This document shows positions 41,156-45,002 of a stretch of DNA of 45,002 nt, piece after piece. A model generated the notes under the pieces. That model had not been told where the DNA came from. It saw nothing but the letters and a program-made list of their open reading frames with translations, and did no database searches. This stretch comes from Clostridia bacterium (GTDB taxonomy: Bacteria; Bacillota; Clostridia; Oscillospirales; CAG-272), in contig JAFNZX010000220.1 in the NCBI GenBank assembly GCA_017382615.1, positions 1 to 45,002 on the forward strand. The letters run 5' to 3'. Numbering within the stretch: position 1 is the first letter of the stretch; each line of letters opens with the position of its first letter. A program made the translations under genes and the position numbers.

Positions 41156-41920
41156 ATGGATACGATAAAAATCAACAAGAAAAAGACCAAAATGGTCGCG
41201 CATGCAGGCTTGTTCGGTCTGGAGACCGCCAACACCTGCGCGGGCTTTATCGCAGCAGGCAACCGCTCCTACTGGGGCGTGGAATGTGACGTGCGCGTGG
41301 CGAAGGATGGGCTGGTGGTCATTCACAATGATTCCACCGAGGGATTTGCTCCCGAAACCGTCATCATGTCCGAGAGCACCGTGGAGAACATCCAAAAAAT
41401 CGCGCTCTACGAGCGTCACTTCTTCCACAGCATGGAGGACTACGGCATTACGCCACGCATCAACCCACCCAGATCGGATCTCCGCATTCCAACGCTGCAG
41501 GAGTATATCAGCATTTGCAAGCACTACGACAAGGTATGCGTCACCGAGCTCAAGCACGCCATGACGCCCGAAACGATTGCAGACGTGGTCGCTGCCTTTC
41601 GCGAGCAGGATTACCTTGAGAACGTGGTATTCATTTCGTTCTTTTGGGAAAACCTTGTACAAATCCGCAAGCTGCTGCCGGATTGCCCCGTACAGTTTCT
41701 GACCGATGAAAAGTACGACTTTACCGACGAATTTTTGGACAAGGTCGCGCAAAACGGATTTGATCTGGACATCCACATCTTCACAACTACCCGTGAGCTG
41801 GTGGAGCGCATCCACGCGCGCGGCATTGCTCTGAACGTATGGACCTGCGATTGGGTAGAGAAAGCTGAAAATCTCGCTGCCTGGGGCGTGGACTATATCA
41901 CCAGTAATATTTTGGAATAA
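41156..41920 (+). CDS. divergent glycerophosphodiester phosphodiesterase (GDPD) family protein
   Basis: 254 aa. It contains MVAHAGLFGLETANTCAGF...GVECDVRVAKDGLVVIHNDST...IPTLQEYI...VTELK. The usual HRG motif reads HAG here. Confidence 0.65.
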   Translation: MDTIKINKKKTKMVAHAGLFGLETANTCAGFIAAGNRSYWGVECDVRVAKDGLVVIHNDSTEGFAPETVIMSESTVENIQKIALYERHFFHSMEDYGITPRINPPRSDLRIPTLQEYISICKHYDKVCVTELKHAMTPETIADVVAAFREQDYLENVVFISFFWENLVQIRKLLPDCPVQFLTDEKYDFTDEFLDKVAQNGFDLDIHIFTTTRELVERIHARGIALNVWTCDWVEKAENLAAWGVDYITSNILE

Positions 41921-41940
41921 CTGCACAAAAAGGAGCGCAC

Positions 41941-44160
41941 ATGAGCTTTTGGATCATGGCGGACGACCGCCCAACCTCTCCCAAATTTTATTACTTTTCC
42001 AAGGATTTTCAAGCTCCCGACGGAGCTTGCCTCAAAGCCCGTGTCTGCGGAGATACGCGCTATGCCCTGTATCTCAACGGACACCTTGTCTGTGAAGGTC
42101 CCTGCCAGGGTACGGCATACACAACCTTTTATGAAACCGAGGATCTGACCCCTTATCTGAACACCGGCAAAAATACACTGGTTGCTAAGATCATGTACGC
42201 CACCGAGGGCTACTTTATCTCCACCTTCCGCAGCTTTGCCCCCGCGTTCTGGTTTGACGGTGCACTGACAGCTGACGGCGTGACAACCGCGCTGGGCACC
42301 GATCAAAGCTGGAGCTGCATGCGCGAGGATGCCTGCACATTGGAGCAAGGCACGGATTGCTACGTTTCTATCCCGCCTTACGAGCACTGGTCGGGCGCGT
42401 CGGTATACACCCCCGTCCCCGTCAAACAAACATGTGAGCCCGACCCGGCGCGCCATTGCTTTGACTGCAACGGCATCGCCCAGCAATACGTTATGTCCCC
42501 CCGTACCCTGCCCGCCATGCAGACCGAGAGCTATCGCCCCCTACAGGCAGTGCGCAGCGGTCAAGGGTTTACCGAATACGATGCTACCGCCTATACCACC
42601 GCCAAGCTGCGCTTTTCCTTTAAGGCAAAGGCAGGCAGCCGCATCAAGCTGACGTATGCCGAATGCTACCGTCAAACAGACGAAAACGGCAGGCACTACA
42701 AGGGACTGCGCGATTCCTACGATCAGCCTACCGCCTTTTTGTACGGATGCTGCGACACGGTAGTTGCCACAGGCGAGGTGCAGACCTTCTCCCCCTTCTG
42801 GTATCGCTCCTTCCGCTTTGTACGCGTAGAGTGCGACGACCCGATGCTGAAGGTCACCGCGTTTGATTACGCATTCTATCACTATCCCTTGGACGCTGCA
42901 GGCACGTTTGCCTGCTCCGATCCGCGCTATAACAGAATGTGGGAGATCAGCCGACACACCGTGCTTTGCTGTATGCACGAGATGTACGTGGACTGCCCCT
43001 ACTACGAGCAGCAGCAATACGATATGGACAGCGCACTGGAAATGCTGTTCACCCTGCGCATGAGCATGGATCAACGCATGCCTGTCAAATCCCTGACCGA
43101 CTTTGCGCATTCGCAAATGCCAAGCGGACTGCTGCAGGCAAACTACCCCTCCATCAAGACCCAGCTCATCCCCAATTTCACGCTTTTCTGGATACTGATG
43201 CTGCGCGATTACCTGCGCTATTGCGGCACAAGTGCACAAAACGTCAAGCTGCTGCGCGCACTGATCGGCACTGCCGCTCACGCCCTGGATGGCTTTGATG
43301 CTTACGTGCTGCCAAACGGTCTGGTGGGCAATACCCCCTATTGGCATTTCGTGGACTGGGTACCCGGCTGGAATGACGGCATTCCCTCGGGAGATCCCGA
43401 TGCGCCTATTACGGTGGGCACGCTGATGTACGCAACCGCCCTGAAGGCAGCTGCCGAGCTTTACGACATCCTCGGCAGACCGGGCACTGCAAAAGATTAC
43501 AGAAGCAAAGCCGAGGACGCCATCCGCGCTGCCTACGAGCATTGCTACGACCGCGAGGCAGGACTGTTTTGCAACAAGCCAAACGTGCGCGAATACAGCC
43601 AGCACACCACGCTTTGGGCAATTCTTTCGGGTGCTGTGGTGGGTAAGGAAGCAGGCGAGCTGATCGACCGCACCTTTGACGGTCACGTGCCCGTGGCGTT
43701 TTGCACCTTCTCCATGAGCCACTATATGTTCCGCGCACTGGAGCTGGCAGACCGCTATGACGTATATGCCAAGCGTCAGATAGAGGGCTGGGAGAAAATG
43801 CTTGATTTGCATTGCACCACCTGGTGTGAAAACCCCGACAATCCCAGAAGCGAATGCCACGGCTGGAGCTCTGCACCCATTTACGAATTCTCTGCTATGG
43901 TGTTGGGCGTTGTACCCACCGCTCCCGGCTACGATGCCGTTCGCATCAAGCCCCATCCGCACGCGTACGATCTTTCTTGGGCAAGCGGTACCGTCCCCAC
44001 CCCGCACGGCGTCATTTCCATTGCATGGGAAAAGCAGGACGGCGAGCTGAGCATGACCGTCACCCTGCCAAGCACCGCAATGCACTGCGAGGTCGTAATG
44101 CCCGACGGAAAAACGTTCACGCAAACAACCGAGCGCGCACAATACACCTGCAAATTATAA
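41941..44160 (+). CDS. GH78-like alpha-L-rhamnosidase family (six-hairpin) glycoside hydrolase
   Basis: 739 aa with an AAAGGAG RBS. The N-terminal segment ARVCGDTRYALYLNGHLV matches the rhamnosidase N-domain pattern. The catalytic region contains VDCPYYEQQQYDMD and ECHGWSSAPIYEF. Confidence 0.8.
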   Translation: MSFWIMADDRPTSPKFYYFSKDFQAPDGACLKARVCGDTRYALYLNGHLVCEGPCQGTAYTTFYETEDLTPYLNTGKNTLVAKIMYATEGYFISTFRSFAPAFWFDGALTADGVTTALGTDQSWSCMREDACTLEQGTDCYVSIPPYEHWSGASVYTPVPVKQTCEPDPARHCFDCNGIAQQYVMSPRTLPAMQTESYRPLQAVRSGQGFTEYDATAYTTAKLRFSFKAKAGSRIKLTYAECYRQTDENGRHYKGLRDSYDQPTAFLYGCCDTVVATGEVQTFSPFWYRSFRFVRVECDDPMLKVTAFDYAFYHYPLDAAGTFACSDPRYNRMWEISRHTVLCCMHEMYVDCPYYEQQQYDMDSALEMLFTLRMSMDQRMPVKSLTDFAHSQMPSGLLQANYPSIKTQLIPNFTLFWILMLRDYLRYCGTSAQNVKLLRALIGTAAHALDGFDAYVLPNGLVGNTPYWHFVDWVPGWNDGIPSGDPDAPITVGTLMYATALKAAAELYDILGRPGTAKDYRSKAEDAIRAAYEHCYDREAGLFCNKPNVREYSQHTTLWAILSGAVVGKEAGELIDRTFDGHVPVAFCTFSMSHYMFRALELADRYDVYAKRQIEGWEKMLDLHCTTWCENPDNPRSECHGWSSAPIYEFSAMVLGVVPTAPGYDAVRIKPHPHAYDLSWASGTVPTPHGVISIAWEKQDGELSMTVTLPSTAMHCEVVMPDGKTFTQTTERAQYTCKL

Positions 44161-44165
44161 AAAAC

Positions 44166-44201
44166 GGACACGTCACTCAGGATTTCCCAAATGACGTGTC
44201 C
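44166..44201. terminator. bidirectional terminator hairpin between convergent genes
   Basis: ggacacgtca (44166-44175) pairs with tgacgtgtcc (44192-44201). It is flanked by aaaac upstream and aatttatt downstream. Confidence 0.7.
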
Positions 44202-44250
44202 AATTTATTGCCCAAACTTGTATCAAGTGTATTTGTGTGCTATGATTCTT

Positions 44251-45002
44251 TTAATTTATGCTGACTATCATGTCCCATTCATGTTCGGTATATGCAAAAG
44301 GAATGTAAACAAGCTTGTAAGTGCTCTCCTGCATGTACTCAAATGCGTCGGGCATCTTCTCTTGGAATTTCTCCGTTCTGCCGTCGGCAGTGTAGGTGTA
44401 TTCATGCGAGGTAGTATATCCATCCGCTGCCTCATGATAGTGCTTGCTGAGCAAACGTCCCTTTTCATCGTACGTATATTCCGTAACCTGGGCTTCCTTG
44501 CCGTCAGCCGTGCAGGTGATCTTGAGCAGCTGTCCTTGCTCGTTGTAAAGGTAGTCTTCGGTCCAGAATATATTGCCGTCGGCATCGCGCGAGATCAGCT
44601 TTGTGAGAACGTTGTTGCTGTCGTAGATGTGCTCGACGGAAAATACTTCGTCGCTATTTTCCACTTCGATTTTGACCATATTACCGTTATCGTCATAGAA
44701 ATACTCATTCACCGTGCGATAGCCATCCGAGTCGCTTCCTACGATCTTGATTTGACGTCCCTTGTCGTCATAGGTATATTCGGTGGTATAGACATATCCG
44801 TCGTCATATCTGTAGATTTCCTTCTCGATCTTGCCGTTCGTATTGTAGACGGACTCGTAGGAGATCAGTTCGCCCTCGGCATCCGTGCAAAAAACGCGCG
44901 TCAGCTTGCCGTTTTCATTGTAGGTGCAGGTGCAGACGTGCGAAGTGCCGTCCTCATACGAAATGACGAACTGCGCGGGAAGGTTGTTTTCGTTGAGAGT
45001 GA
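44251..45002 (-). CDS. YD-repeat (RHS-family-like) protein, C-terminal 250 codons; gene continues beyond the window end
   Basis: Track ORF 44251..44712 begins at an internal GTG. My translation shows the frame stays open to position 45002 (..TLNENNLPAQFVISYEDGTSHVCTCTYNENGKLTRVFCTDAEGELISYESVYNTNGKIEKEIYRYDDGYVYTTEYTYDDKGRQIKIVGSDSDGYRTVNEYFYDDNGNMVK..). Y-x-Y-D/N-x-x-G-x-hydrophobic units recur about every 20 aa. Confidence 0.7.
   Translation of the reverse strand, partial: TLNENNLPAQFVISYEDGTSHVCTCTYNENGKLTRVFCTDAEGELISYESVYNTNGKIEKEIYRYDDGYVYTTEYTYDDKGRQIKIVGSDSDGYRTVNEYFYDDNGNMVKIEVENSDEVFSVEHIYDSNNVLTKLISRDADGNIFWTEDYLYNEQGQLLKITCTADGKEAQVTEYTYDEKGRLLSKHYHEAADGYTTSHEYTYTADGRTEKFQEKMPDAFEYMQESTYKLVYIPFAYTEHEWDMIVSIN

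Noticed and set aside
1-45002. A search for tRNA, rRNA, CRISPR arrays, transposases, integrases and prophage genes.
   Set aside because: - No intergenic region is long enough or shows tRNA-like T-arm or anticodon-stem patterns.
- There are no spaced direct repeats.
- No ORF shows DDE, tyrosine-recombinase or serine-recombinase motifs.

Overview
This 45 kb window looks like a chromosomal segment from a Gram-positive, Clostridia-like anaerobe. The signs are AGGAGG-type ribosome-binding sites, TTGACA-17-TATAAT promoters and lipoprotein-type signal peptides. I support 32 protein-coding genes. I found no rRNA, tRNA, CRISPR array, transposase or integrase. All protein assignments come from motif recognition by eye; no database search was possible.

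Layout:
- (i) 1-2989, minus strand: a tightly packed housekeeping operon of NUDIX ADP-ribose pyrophosphatase, membrane-anchored GDPD, MurQ, chorismate mutase and DAHP synthase. tcdA lies divergent to it.
- (ii) 3941-5716: an isolated, comparatively AT-rich gene for a cytosolic TIR domain, a Pro/Ala/Thr linker and BspA-type LRRs. It has its own perfect consensus promoter. This is my best candidate for an undescribed single-gene immune or NADase system.
- (iii) 5964-33620: a glycan-utilisation region.
  - Secreted lipoproteins built from ConA/LamG-like modules: a GH43 multidomain enzyme, an MBL+LamG protein and a GH99/WbsX-like protein.
  - An operon of three xylose-isomerase-like TIM barrels plus a glycerol-1-phosphate-dehydrogenase-like enzyme, bracketed by two paralogous orphan solute-binding lipoproteins.
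  - A Gfo/Idh/MocA gene followed by two GH36-family genes, two tandem AraC regulators, and a YgjV plus putative acyltransferase pair.
- (iv) 33827-44160: an MFS-GH38-GH3-GDPD-GH78 operon.
- (v) 44251-45002: the 3' part of an AT-rich YD-repeat protein gene that runs off the window.

The many long antisense ORFs in the track are codon-aligned shadow ORFs and are rejected.
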